A stretch of DNA of 59,166 bases, the filler included, from Catajapyx aquilonaris (lineage: Eukaryota): assembly GCA_000934665.2 (NCBI GenBank). It is 2 parts of 2 records of this genome, joined end to end, with 100 filler letters (N's around TTAATTAATTAA, not from the genome) between each part and the next. Parts side by side here need not be neighbours in the genome. Positions count along the whole stretch, not along the records: positions 1 to 29,524 come from JYFJ02004775.1; 1 more part is not named here. The stretch is one strand, 5' to 3'. A program made the translations under genes and the position numbers. Below, one piece after another: positions 14,373-27,090 of this stretch. The notes below the pieces were generated by a model that was not told where the DNA came from, made no database searches, and worked only from the letters and a program-made list of their open reading frames with translations. Numbering within the stretch: position 1 is the stretch's first letter; each line of letters starts with the position of its first letter.

Positions 14373-14770
14373 TCTCTAGAGAAAGAAAAAAAAAAATGCT
14401 TCCAATAATTGTAGCACCTTTTTTCACTACACAACTTTTTTCAAAGCCCTGCGGAAAAGGGGTAATGCAGCAGCAGTCTTTCAAAAAAAAAATGCCTACA
14501 TAGGCTTCACTGTTAGCATTTACACCTCGTGCATTAATGCAAACCACGACTATGCTAACTCTTGTACAAAATAATCGTTATATATCGCAAACATAATCAA
14601 ACGGTAGGACATTTCTTACCACACTTGTTAGGATCCCCCCCTCCCAATTGCCAATATTTTCTTCCAATGATGGCTCTTTTTCTAGGGATTTTAGTCTGCC
14701 ATGTAGAATAAGGAGGAGTAATATTGTGAACAGCATTTATTTCTCGCTTTGGCAGTTACATATAAACAGG

Positions 14771-14896
14771 TAGCAGTTCTCAACCCATCGGCATGACTTG
14801 TGAAGCGATTGGCTATGCGGTATCGCCGGGATGAAGGGACTTGACTAGAAAAAGGTGGATTCGTGCAAACAAAAACCGATGGTTGAGATGATGCTA
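14771..14896. mobile_element. Small inverted-repeat element (MITE-like) in the NMNAT 3' region
   Basis: TAGCAGTTCTCAACCCATCGG ... CCGATGGTTGAGATGATGCTA imperfect TIRs. Confidence 0.45.
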
Positions 14897-16883
14897 GTTC
14901 TAATCATAGATCAGTACAAACATTTTGCATGAAATAAGCTTGTTTCCTGCTGTTTTTCTAGCTGCCCCGTCTACGGAGCTGACTTGTTGTGTTGCAATTA
15001 GACAAAATATGAAAAGCAATTGTTGTCAAGTTCAAGCACTTTTGTGTTGCAATAGTGGATTATTCAGTCCCTAGTTTATGGCCAAGCTTTGAGGCATTTA
15101 ATAAAAACAGAGAGAGAGGGCAATGACACCTGTGTGCATTCATGGCGGATTGCACTGCTTGCGGTATGTCAACCGCTCATTGCTTCATTGTTGCCGAAAG
15201 GGAAATACCCCCTTTAAAAAACAAAAATACTGCAAGCAGTGTATTGCAGCCGAATCCCATACATTATAAGTGGAGTACATATTGCGATATATCACATAGC
15301 AGGAGAAAAAAAAATGAGTGGCCTACTTGAATGGCCCTCTGATTTTCAGGTCATCTGTCACATGTCCACAGAGACAATAGTGGGAAAGCGTGCCTCATGT
15401 TCCAAGGTTGGCAAATAATTATCACCTGATGAATTCAACAGCAACATTCCAGTGTAAGTCATTAGTAAAATCATTTCAAGTACAATGGATAGCGAGTACA
15501 ACGCCATCCATTGTTTCGATCTCAAATTGTTCTCGAACAAGTGGAGGAAATTCCATGCCGGCATATCTTTTCCGAGGAATGGCTGCAGGTATGTCACTAA
15601 TTTGAAGAAGAAGAAAAAATGTGCACCATTGGGTCAGCATGAATCAGTGCAATTCAGTTTCTTCCGTGAGTTTGCAAACTTTCTCACTACAAAATGTTTC
15701 TCTCACACAAGACATAATTCATGTGGCCTTTCAGTCATCGAGTATCAATTCTATAACAATGTGCATGAGTAAAAATTCATACATTGGAGATTAAAAAATG
15801 AACGGGCAAGTTTCATGAATATTGAACACTCGGCAGTGGGATAGTAAATCAGCCCAACTACGTCAGTTCAAAAATGCAAAAGTGTTCCAGACAAAATCGG
15901 CCCAGGCAGCATTAAATTCGCTGAACAATAATTGTTAGTTTATGAAAAACTATCAGATTTCATTGTAGGAAATTGGCATCTAACTACTCGCTCCATAAAA
16001 CCTGTGTAAATGTCATGTTTCTTTTGCTGAAATATTCCATCCATTGGCACTTTGTATTCGCATACATCCGACACTGTGAGGCAGGTCTAATACGCCAACC
16101 TTTTCCGGTATAATTAGAAGTAAAATGCATGTAAATGTAGCAGTAAGTAAATCCACCCTTGCTTAAAATGCCGCCTCTCTCAACATGTGTAATCCTGACA
16201 GCACAAATCAGCGTCTTTCGATACCTTCCATGAGATTCCAGTGTTTCGATAATTAATACAGAATACCTATGAAAACCTGCAGAAATGTATCTCTTCACAG
16301 ATATTCTCTACTTGCAATGTTTGTGTACCCCATCGAAGCGATTGACAGGCTTGCCGCACACCGGCATTCTCTTCGACATTCATATAAAAAGCACTTCAAG
16401 AAACCGTCCCTCTGTATACAATTTAGTTGCAGCATGGTAAATACATGCTCACTATGACCTTCTGTGTAAGAAAAACCAGTTCGCAAGAGATCCAGACCAG
16501 CCTCGTTTTCACAAATGCAATTTCTCCGTCTTCATTGGAGGCAGCTTTTCTTTCTCTCAAGAAAGTATTTTACGGACGTTTGCAATTTTGCCGATTGTGG
16601 TATTTAAAAATCTGCGCTTGTCCTTTTCAGATTCGCGATCCATGGTCCATCACATGAGAAAGCACCTAAACTCATACGAAGGTACGCCTAAACATACTGA
16701 GGTTGCTCAAGCGGCAACCGTTGCCATGCTTTCTCCTATAAAATTTCACATTATATCACAGCGTCTTAAACAGTTGCGAAAAGTTGACATCACAATTCAA
16801 TGTCCCTCAGTAGCACATGCCTCCGAGAGACTGCGACACCCTGGCATCTCTGCGAACTGGTTTTTCTCACACTCGTTCGTTAC

Positions 16884-18015
16884 TCAGAGGGCCTTTTGCC
16901 TGGTGACCTTCCCTGTACCCTCCTTCTCCTTTTTTCTGGTCGTTGCAGTAGGAGGTGCGTCGGAGCAGTCACACCATGGGGACACCACCTTGTCGCACTG
17001 AAGTTCCACGCTGACCACCGTGACCTTTGCACCGTCCACCACCACTTCCCTGACTCCTGCCACTTTGTAACCCACATTGTGCAGCCCCGTCCTTCTGTCC
17101 CTGCGCCTGGTTGCGTCCCTCTGTCCGTAGCACTTTGCCATGTCCCGCCTGCGCACCGTGCGGTTGTGCACATGACGGAACGAGTTCTCCCGGCCGGTAG
17201 TCATGTTGGCTGGCCGCTTCACCTGGATTAACAATCCAAATTATTACACAGTACGCTGGGCAATCACCGCACTGCTTACCTGCACACTTTTTTCCTTCAG
17301 CCGCACGTAGAACTCGTCATCCTCCAATCCCCATCCCCAGTACTGGTTGCTCATCCCATCCACCGACTCATAGTCCTCTCTGGTAAGCAGCAGGATTCCT
17401 CCGACAAAGTTGGGGTAGTGGTAACGAGGGTGCAGATCAGGGGAGGCCACATGGAAGGCCACTCCCCGCCCAGGATAGGCGTATGAAAGGGAAGGGTTCA
17501 GAGGAAGGAGATCCACATCATGCATTGCAATGTAGTCATGGTCACCACGGCTCAGGAGGAACCCCACGTTAATAAGCGACGCACGGTTGAATCGATACTG
17601 GTCCACCTGGAAATGTCAATAGGTTGAACATGTCCGGATTAACGACTGCGGTGTGTCCGACCTGGTTGAGCACGTAAATGTGATGATCCACCCTCTGCTG
17701 CGCTAGGAATGTGTGCATGTACGGTACGAATGTGAGCAGCTCCTCGAACCTATCCCGGAATGGAACAAGCACGGCCAGCTTATGCTCCGAGGTGTTGCGA
17801 CCGTCCCTCTTGGGTTCAACAGCATCCTTGGCCGGCCCGCAGTTGCATTGCTCTGTAATCAAACAGTGGTTAGCGGCTTTCTATTAGTGTGAACCTGCTG
17901 TTGCAGTACCAATGGCAGTGATGGGCATGAGCGCAACCAGGTAGAAGCCGCATGCAGAGCAGGCCAGCACTCCCCAGAGCAGGCAGTGGAAGCGACGCAG
18001 CCTCCATCCCATCAT
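16884..18015 (-). CDS. B4GALT7: Xylosylprotein beta-1,4-galactosyltransferase 7
   Basis: Exons 18015-17910, 17852-17662, 17606-17280, 17222-16884. N-terminal TM anchor, [59 protein letters not shown]. Confidence 0.96.
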
Positions 18016-18658
18016 CAGCGAACCTAGTCCGCTACCTTCCGCATATCCTGGGCGTTCCCTCGCCTCATTATGTCCCGACTAATTACCGGACATGATGTGC
18101 TGTCCATTGTGATTCCGGCCGTGGAATCTTCTGTTACCTTCTCCTGTTCGATTTAGAGACACACGGTGGAATGGCGCCTCTCCGGGGAGACGCCAATTGA
18201 GCAGGGGAGACGACCATTGGGCAGGGGAGGTGCCATTTTTTCCAAAACAGGGTGCCAACAGGGTGCCGGCGGGATTTTTTAAACGGGGCGATGGCACCGG
18301 GGTTGTTCAAATGCTGTTTTGAAATGTATGGGAAGGGGTACCGGGTGCGGAGGGGGTGCCATGGACGATGGTACCGATTGGGAGTGTTGAGGAGGGATCA
18401 ATATATGTCGACCTTGGATGGTTTGGTGGCTGGCTGTCGTCTGCTGCTCTCGTAGCCTCGTTATTTATATAGAGAGGTTTTCCAGTGGACAACGATGGGC
18501 ACTGGGCTGCCCTAGAGTGGGCCGCACAGGTTGTACGACCAACATGTGTCGCTATGTAGTACATATGAAAGTAGTGCATGCAAATGTAAACACAACACTG
18601 ATCCATATATGAATATCCGCAAATGATGCCAACTAGGTCAAGCAATACATTACAAATG

Positions 18659-18768
18659 CCCAGGTAGCACAAAAAGTTGGGCCAATATCGGACGAATGTT
18701 GGCCCAATATCTAAGATATTGGGCCAATATTGGCTCCAATATTGGCCCAACTTTTTGTGCTACCTGGG
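18659..18768. mobile_element. Palindromic MITE, CACTA/EnSpm-like (CCCAG termini)
   Basis: 30-bp perfect TIR CCCAGGTAGCACAAAAAGTTGGGCCAATAT; TG on both flanks (2-bp TSD); internal GGCCAATAT repeats. Confidence 0.8.
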
Positions 18769-19013
18769 TGATTTAGCATGTACTTCAAACAAAGGAAATT
18801 ATCTCAATGAGCCGTTCTTCGTAAAGATAGCCGTGCCCTGTTTGCACCGTCTTACGATGGTGACGTAACTGATAAGGCACATATCCAAAGTCCTGTTTTG
18901 ATGTAATGTTGAAACCAACTTTCTCTCTTGCAGGGCAGAAGGGCTTGCGGAAGACTGCGGAGAGGAAGATATTCTTGTAGCGGCTGGTAGAATAGAGAGA
19001 GAAAGAGCCAAAG

Positions 19014-22000
19014 ATGATGGGGCAGATGATGGCCCAGTTGTCTCAGTTGGGTTGGGGTTGGGTCATTTTGGGAGGTGTTGTGTCTGCAATTGTGGTTTTG
19101 AAGCTGTATCTTCGGTTGACCCTGGGAGTCTGCACCAGCAGGCGGAGGATGATAGGCAAGACCGTCATTGTCACAGGAGCCAACACTGGTATGTGCAAGT
19201 ATGTCACAGGCACTGATGCTGGTAGTGACGTTTCAATTGCAATTTGCAGGTATTGGTTACGAAACAGCAAAGGATTTGGCCGCAAGAGGTGCCAGAATTA
19301 TAATGGCTTGCAGAAATATGGATAAAGCCAGGACTGCCTGCGGTGAGTTGCCCTGCTTATTTGTGTGAAAAAGCACTTCTTGTTCCCTTCTGCTATTCCA
19401 GAACGCATAATCTTGGAGACTGGAAACACAAACGTGGTTGTCCGACTGCTTGATCTGACCTCACTGCAGTCGGTACGGGAATTTGCCAACGAGGTTCTCA
19501 AGACAGAGCCCAGACTGGACGTGCTGGTCAACAACGCAGGGGTCGGGGGGATCACCAGGAAGATCATAACTCAGGATGGCCTCGAATACCACATGGCCAC
19601 CAATCACTTTGGGCCCTTCCTGCTCACTAACCTCCTCCTGGGTTAGTAGTCCGTAGCTAACCAGCAGTAGAGTGAGTCTTAAGAGGTTTTCGTTTGATCC
19701 CTTCCCCGGGCCAGGAGCGATGCGACTCTGTGCCGTTTACAAGTCCTATCCTACAAGTAGAACATTGTTATGAAGAGCTAGCACCTAGCAGAGTAATGAT
19801 GTCATACCTAATTAGTGTTATAGGACTTTTTTGCCGCATTTCTTTCCAATTACCCTCATTATTATCCTTTGCGACTTGCTGAAATGTGATTGTGAAGGTA
19901 GAGGCCACAGAACAAATAACTTTGGTCTTTCACTCTGCGGTGAGTCTGTAGTTTTATTGCTGTCCTTATAAATAAGCACTTTAAAAATATTTCCTGATAA
20001 TACTGCGAAATTTTATCCTAAAGTTACGTTATTTATAATTTAAAATGGTATAGAATGTAAGGTGCTTGCAAAGTTACGGTACTTTTTTTTTTCTAATAGC
20101 AGTCTTAGAGAGGCTCATTATGCAAATTGGCTGAAGACATTCCAGAAATTAGGTACTACAATACCGATTGATTGGTGTTCATTTTTGTGCGACTTGTAAC
20201 GTCATACTTGACCATTTCTTTTCCATCGAGGTTAAGGTTCTCTATGTCTGACAGTTGATGTGTAACATTTTTGTGCAAACAATGCAGCTTTGATAAAAAA
20301 GTGATATTGCAACAGTTTGCAGAGTTAGCTAAAAATGTCAAATATTGACACTTTCATGTGCCGTCCCTTTGCTGATTAAAATGTGTAGCTCTAAATATTA
20401 GATGTCTACGTCAGTTACGCAAGGCTCAAAATATATCGCTTACAATTCAAGCAGCCCTGTAATATTACAATGTATTTGTAAGGACTTAGAATTTTGGAGT
20501 GGACATGCTTAACCTAAATGGCTCTGACTGTATTTTATCCATTGACAGGCCTTCTGCAAAAGTCTGCACCAAGCAGAATAGTGGTGGTTTCATCGTTGGC
20601 CCATCTCTTCGCCAGAATGGAGCTGGACAACTTGAATGCAGAGAGAGTTTATGATAAGGCCAACGTGTATGGCAAATCGAAGCTTGCTAACGTCCTCTTC
20701 ACACGGGAACTTGCCAATAGGCTGGAAGAGACAGGTAACGTCCTATACTTATAAATTTCTCGGCAGGCAGTGTCATTTTCACAGGTGATTCAAATTGGGA
20801 CTAGAAATGTTTCAAGCCGTTACGGTTGGTCACGTGATAACAATTTCTAAGATGCTATTCCCATGCGGCTGTGAACATTCTTTCTTAATCGTGCATTTTG
20901 TACTCATCACATTATTTGTGTTCATGCCAATAGGTGTGACCGTGAATTGCCTTCACCCTGGTGTAGTGTACACAGAATTTCTCAGGTACTCACCTTGGAT
21001 AGTGAAGTTTGTGGGAGAGAACATTTTTCGTGTTTTCGCAAAGGTAGAGTCAATAATTATTGGATGTGGGGGACTATATCATTGTTGTGTATTAGTACAT
21101 GGGATTCATGTGATGCTGCAACGTCCGAGCATACAGTGCATAATATATTCCTGTCTACGTAACATGCCTACCTGATGTGTACTGTCGTGGTAACAGCTTG
21201 GTTCTTCAGTTTACAGGTTGCATAGAATGTTTCCACTTTCCAATGATAAAATTCCTAATGATTCTGGGAATGTGTTCAATGTATATCGCATTAGAAACAG
21301 TCATCCTGTGTATGATAATATCTACCATGGCAATGGAAAGACTAACTCCGTCAATGCTAGCCTCTTCAAGCTCTCATTACTGTATGATTCGGTATGATTG
21401 CATGTTACCGAGAGTAAAATGCGAGTGACTATAATATCTGTAGACGGAAAGTGAGGAAACAGTCTGTGTGCATTATGATTCATTGTATTCTAGGCATATC
21501 AGCCAATTGTCTTCACCCTGGGGTTGTGATGACAGAGTTCTTTAGGCATGTGCCTCTCAGTTCCATACTCATGTCACTGGGACGGTTTGTCTTCAAGGTA
21601 TCGTGTGTGTGTCTGCAGGTGTTTGTGTCCTGTTGTTTGCTGCCTGATGTTTTTGTGTGCATTATTGTTATTTTCCTTTTTCGTGTTGCCTTCAGATGCA
21701 TGCGCAATCTCACATAATTGCTGCTAGTTTTTGTTTTCAGTACTATCGCAGATTTTGTTGTTTCAGGGTGGGTTGCATGATCAATCGTTGGAATCATGTA
21801 GCCCAGCCCAGTGTGTGCTGTGTGTCAGTGAAACCCATTGGAAGGATTTTTTTAAACATTTAAAAAGGGAATTTGTTCAAAATAATCGCACTTATTAATT
21901 CCATGCTCAGATCAGGATGAGCTGCGTCAACTACTTGTTGATATCAATTCTTCAAAAACAAGCACTTCTGAATCGATTTCTGATGAGGAGGGCCTGTACA

Positions 22001-22556
22001 ATATGATGCAACTAGTGCATTAAACGTCCAGTGGAGTACCACATCGCTTAACATTACTTGCAATGACTTTGTGCATGTCGTGACTCGGGGCCTATATATT
22101 TCATAAACATTTGCACAATTGATTTTATTTTTCTGATCTTCCCAACAATGCCTTTTATAGGCACATCATTACAAGCAGAATGTTTGTCGCTTGCGCAACT
22201 AGTTGCATTCATGAAATAGGCCCCTGGTGTTACTAGGCTGACATTTTCCTACATGTGACGAGAGATGTAAATGTAATGATCCGACATTTTTTCCAGTCTG
22301 CTTATGAGGGAGCTCAGACCAGCATTTACTTGGCTGTGTCGGAAGAAGTGGAAGGCATCACTGGGGCATACTTCTCTGACTGCAAGGCAAGTCTTCATAC
22401 TTTTAGTGGTACTTTCGTATTACGTATGTCAACGGTTCATTTGTCTTCCAGGAATGTAATCCTTCCAAGACTGCCCAGGATGACGCCCTGGCCAGGAAGC
22501 TTTGGGAGATAAGCGAGCGCTTAGTTGGTCTGGTTCCAAAGGAAACTCATTTGTAG
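19014..22556 (+). CDS. Short-chain dehydrogenase/reductase, retinol dehydrogenase 11/12/13/14-like
   Basis: Exons 19014-19188, 19250-19342, 19402-19641, 20549-20734, [20934-21043 or 21494-21597], 22297-22386, 22452-22556. N-terminal TM, TGANTGIG, LVNNAG, NHFGPFLLT, VVVSSLAH, YGKSKLAN, LHPGVV, GAQTSIYLAVS, ARKLWEISE. Confidence 0.93.
22087..22223. mobile_element. Harbinger-like MITE in an SDR intron
   Basis: GGGGCCTAT...TTTCATAAA / TTCATGAAATAGGCCCC imperfect TIRs. Confidence 0.5.
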
Positions 22557-24558
22557 GGAATCCAAAAAAAAAAAAGAATGAGGGGGGTCTCAGGATTTTA
22601 TCTCCCTAACATTTGGAGGGGTCGGTGGGGTCAAAAAAGAAACGGTTTAATTGTGACAATATAGGAGGTGAAACAGCTGCAGATTTCTTGCTCTCGATAC
22701 AGTGTAATATCGTGCATGTTCTAGTCAGTTGGGCCATTTGTTAGTACCTTTTTAAGCACATTTTGCATTTCAGGCGATGTTATAATGGTTAAGTCGGAGG
22801 TGGTGTAACTTGACTGGATGCTGCCATGTTGTTGGTTTCGTGATGTCAGTGTGTGGAGGACAAAATTAACACTTTGTGAATGGCTTGTTATGCGAAATAG
22901 TCATTCACACCATGTCAGGTTATATTGCGACCGACTTTAGTACAGTACAAAATGCAAGAACTCGATGGTGATTCACCAAATGCGCTGATTTATAGCTTGT
23001 GCCACACCGAAAGGGAAGAAATTACCTAGTCTGCATTCTGCTCAGTACATCAGTTGTAGCGCTATTCTCAGGATAGCTCTCAGTTAGCCTTAATTTCAAG
23101 TCCATAATTGCAAGTTATAGGATACCAGTCAATTACCGATACCGTGTTTTTTTTTTTAAACTCAACTAGATGAGTACTTAGAATTTATTAAGTAGCTTCA
23201 TTCAATATTTTTAATGGCCTAAGCAGCTCAATAATGGAATCACCTGCATGATAAATAGTCACTGCCTCATTTCCACAGGCATGGTTCATATGTAAAACTT
23301 GTTGGCGGCCGTTGTTGATCAAATTTGCACTATGTAGCTACACACACGTTGTTAAGATTGCATCGTAACTGGAGCCAATTATATGTTGCCACTTAGGGTT
23401 GTTAATTGTTGACGGTGTTGAGGATAGCAGAAAATGGTGTCGTTTTTTGGCTGAAGGAAATGCTGAGCGAGCGAGATTGCGTAGAATTAATTAATGTACA
23501 TGATGCCAAGTTTGCTGCATTCACACTCGATCAGAGTGAGAGCAATATATTTCGCCCTGTCTTACCCACTGATGAGCTTTTTGCACACGACGCATTTGAG
23601 ATCAAGACTTTTCCTTTATAACGGACGCGCGTTGACCACCATTTTCCTGCCAGTGAAGGAAATGAACATTCCTGTCATATCTTTGCTGTTCCTCGCTAAA
23701 ATGCTTTTGAGTGGCATTTGCATCGGAGCTTCGAAAAAAAGAAAGAAAAAAATGTTTTTTAGGATATGCTCATTATAATTGGTGGTATGGTTGTCGTGAC
23801 TTCAAACACTGTACGTCTCAATCGGTATTTTATTAGTGCATTGCTGCCAAGTAGGCAAGAGGTATTTTTGGCAATATTTTCATCCCGTGAATTCCACAGG
23901 TTGGTTATTAAGCACTATTTCATGATAAGACAAAACGAAGAACTGTTAAACAATAATAATTGCAACCTATATACACTTGCTGTTTTATACTGTGCTATAT
24001 TTTCCTATGAACCTGTGAAAGGGCATTATTACTATCCAAAACGACTGTGATTTGGTATCTTCCAAAAATATTTTTCCACTTGGTTTCTCTTATTCCAGGG
24101 GTGGGGGGAAGGGGGGGGGAAGGGGTGGGAGGTTACAAAATAATATAATAATAAAAATAATAAATAATAATAATAATAAAACAAGTAATAATGATGGTCT
24201 GTTCATATATGGACAATCATGAAAACTTTACTGGGAATCTTTTACATTCCACTTGTTCCGTGTTCACAATTAGTCAGTGTTGCTGGATAGCTTTAATTTT
24301 CTTTACACAGTAAATACCAAATAAAATATGTTCAGACTTGAAGCATGCTTGGTCATTCTCATTACGTCTTGTTACAGCTTCGGTCAGGACAATGTGCCCA
24401 CTGGCTAATATGCATGTCCGTGGTCCCGTGGGTATACATGGTTAAGAAATGAAATTGCGGGCGTCTTTGCGAATTTTTATTAAACTAAAATTCGCTTCAC
24501 AATTGGCGTGTTAGGGGGGTTTCCATCTTACGTAAATAGGATCAAATTTGAACATTTG

Positions 24559-25636
24559 TTAAATTTTTTTAAATGCGGGGGAAGTTGATGGGCGACGAGC
24601 TCCTGGTTTATTTATGGTCACCTTCTTAAATCGCTCCAGCTGCTTGGTCAGCTCTACCACACGTTCATCCCTCTGCTTCAGGAGTTTTTCCATCTGGCCG
24701 ACCTGCAACGAAACCAATGTAATTGTTGCGCTAACATTGTGACAAGTATATCGTCTCACTTTGTTCCGCAGGGTCCTGATCTCATTCTCACGACCTTTCT
24801 TCTTGTCAGGCTCCTCCGATGGATGCTGGTTTCCACCAGTCAGCCGTGCATGAGCGGACTGGTTGCAACGGGGAATCTTGGGTGCTACGATTGGAAAAGG
24901 AGTGAGTCCAGCACAAACCGAAGTGGGCCGTAATGAACTTACTTCCTGTAAGGTTTCCTACGTCCACTTTGGCCATGCTGCAACTGACTGCCCTCCTGAC
25001 CCTCTCCTGGCACACTTTGCTCTCTATGACCGGCTTCAGTCTCAAGAGGAACTTCTCAATGGCACCGTTCACGTTAGTGGAAATTTCATGAATCAGCGGC
25101 TGGTCGACAGTGCAGCCAAGCTTACGCAGGACCTGTAACATGGGAGGTCATTGACCTTCTGTAACATGGAAGCCATTGACCTTCTGCAAGGTTGAGGCCA
25201 TTGAACTCCGACCTTTCTGTTGAGCACAGCCCAGCTGATCTCCTTCCTGTGGGTGTTGCTGATCACCGGGTAGTTATGCATCTCCACCATCCCGGGGAAG
25301 AAATGGTGCAGCATCTCCGCACACATGCCTGCGCAACAATTATTGGTTCGCAACGACTTCAACAGCAATGGGCAATCAGTTTTACTCACTTGCATCTGAG
25401 AAGTCCCTGGCGATGTTTTTCTTCGTCCTCTTATTGAATGGAATGGTGTCGATCCATCGGTAGAGGTCTGCCAGCTCTGGAGGAAGCTCTGGAGGAAGTT
25501 CGCTGGCGCTTTCTGATGGTGCTGAGCTGCTGCTGTTGGCTGACTCGCTGTTCGTGTTGACCCACTCTGACGACTCGGTCTTCACTAAATCCTTCTCGTC
25601 CAAGTCCGAATCTGGATCCAAAAAGCTATCCATCAT
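24559..25636 (-). CDS. SPEF1: Sperm flagellar protein 1-like, copy A (CH domain plus coiled coil)
   Basis: Exons 25636-25390, 25328-25213, 25132-24943, 24884-24760, 24702-24559. LYRWIDTIPF..KKNIARDFSD, VEMHNYP, WAVLNRKVLRKL, KVGQMEKLLKQRDERV. Confidence 0.88.
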
Positions 25637-25901
25637 GTCGCTCTCAAAATTTGGAACTACTTGCTTTGACTTGCTTCTGTCGTCACCCTGGACACGTTTG
25701 TCACATTGTTGGTAGTCAACAAGCACACTTGAACAATGGGGACAATCACCATGGTGGTCCTCTTCACTGTTGACGTTCCAATAATTACTATAATAATGGG
25801 TGTTCAAATTGCGGGGCTTTTATTTTGAAGTCAAATAGGTTCCGGTTGCCATTAATGTCGTTTTGGCAACAAATAAAAATGTCCCGCAAATTTTTTTGTA
25901 G

Positions 25902-26935
25902 CTAATAGTTCCTATAGCACGGATTGGAAGGTTGAATGCGTTGCATTGCTTGAGTCTTCAGGGTCAGTTTCTTCATTCGCTCCAGCTGATTGGTCAGCTC
26001 CAGAACATCATCGTCCTTCTGCTTCAGAAGTCTTTCCATCCTCCCAACCTGATGAAGAACCGCAATTAATTCCGGTTGTTAATTGCTTCCCCACATACTG
26101 ATGGCGCACTCACTCTCTTGCGCAGTCCTTTGATCTCGTCCTCTCGAGCCTTCTTCTCTCTGATTAGCTCCTCAATCCGAGTGTTGGTTTCAACAGTGAG
26201 CCTCGCCTGTAAGTGGTATCTACCTGGGGTCAAAGGTTGCTCATCGGAACCGGGTGCTATACGAAAGGAAAAAAGAAACTAAGAGTGGGCAACTTAATTA
26301 TAGCCGGAATGAACTTACGTATCACTTCGTTTATCATGATTGCCCTATGCATATCTTCTTTTCGCAGCTGCCTCTCGATGGCCACCTTCAACTTCAGGAG
26401 GAATTGCTCTATGGCACCTTCCACACCTGTACTTATGTCCTGGATCATCTGTTGGCTTATTGGGCAGTGAAGTTTACGAAGGACCTGTAATGAGCACGAG
26501 GTTCACTGACAGGCCGGCTAAAGGTCATCGACCTCTAACCTTTCTCTTGAGGACCTCCCAATTTTCCGCCTTCTTTCTCGTGTTGCTGACCACAGGGTAG
26601 TTATGCATCTCCACCAGTCCGGGAAGGAAGTAGCCCAGCAACTCCGCACACATGCCTTTGCAACAATGTTATAGCAATGAAGCAAGGGTCATGCCCCCAA
26701 CTATCATAACTTACTTACTAGCATCTGAGAAGTCCCTGGCCACATTTTTCTTCGCTCTATGGAATGGAATGGTGTCCAACCATTTGTAGAGTTTATCCAG
26801 CTCCGGGGGAAGATGGCCCCTGCCTAGTTGTGACCTGGCTGTGGTGATGTAATTAATATCATCGTTGTTTGTGTCTACTAGAGGCGACTTGTCCGAATCC
26901 GAATCCGAGTGTAAGGCAAACGGGAGGTCCATCAT
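25902..26935 (-). CDS. SPEF1: Sperm flagellar protein 1-like, copy B
   Basis: Exons 26935-26719, 26655-26540, 26484-26319, 26256-26114, 26048-25902. LYKWLDTIPFHRAKKNVARDFSD, VEMHNYP, NWEVLKRKVLRKL, RVGRMERLLKQKDDDV. Confidence 0.88.
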
Positions 26936-27090
26936 GTCGCTCGAAGTCTATTCCCGTTGAGTCCCCCAACAATGAAGGATCGCTGAGCGACGACGAACCT
27001 TGTTTATAAGAAAAAGTCAATTTGTACGCCACGTTTATTGGATTTTCCACGTTATATGATTTGTATACAGCAGTCTTCGCAATCAGTCGA

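Noticed and set aside
25637..25807. Longer N-terminus for SPEF1 copy A suggested by the ORF track
   Set aside because: It begins at a non-ATG codon; the ATGATG at 25636 matches the start context of copy B.
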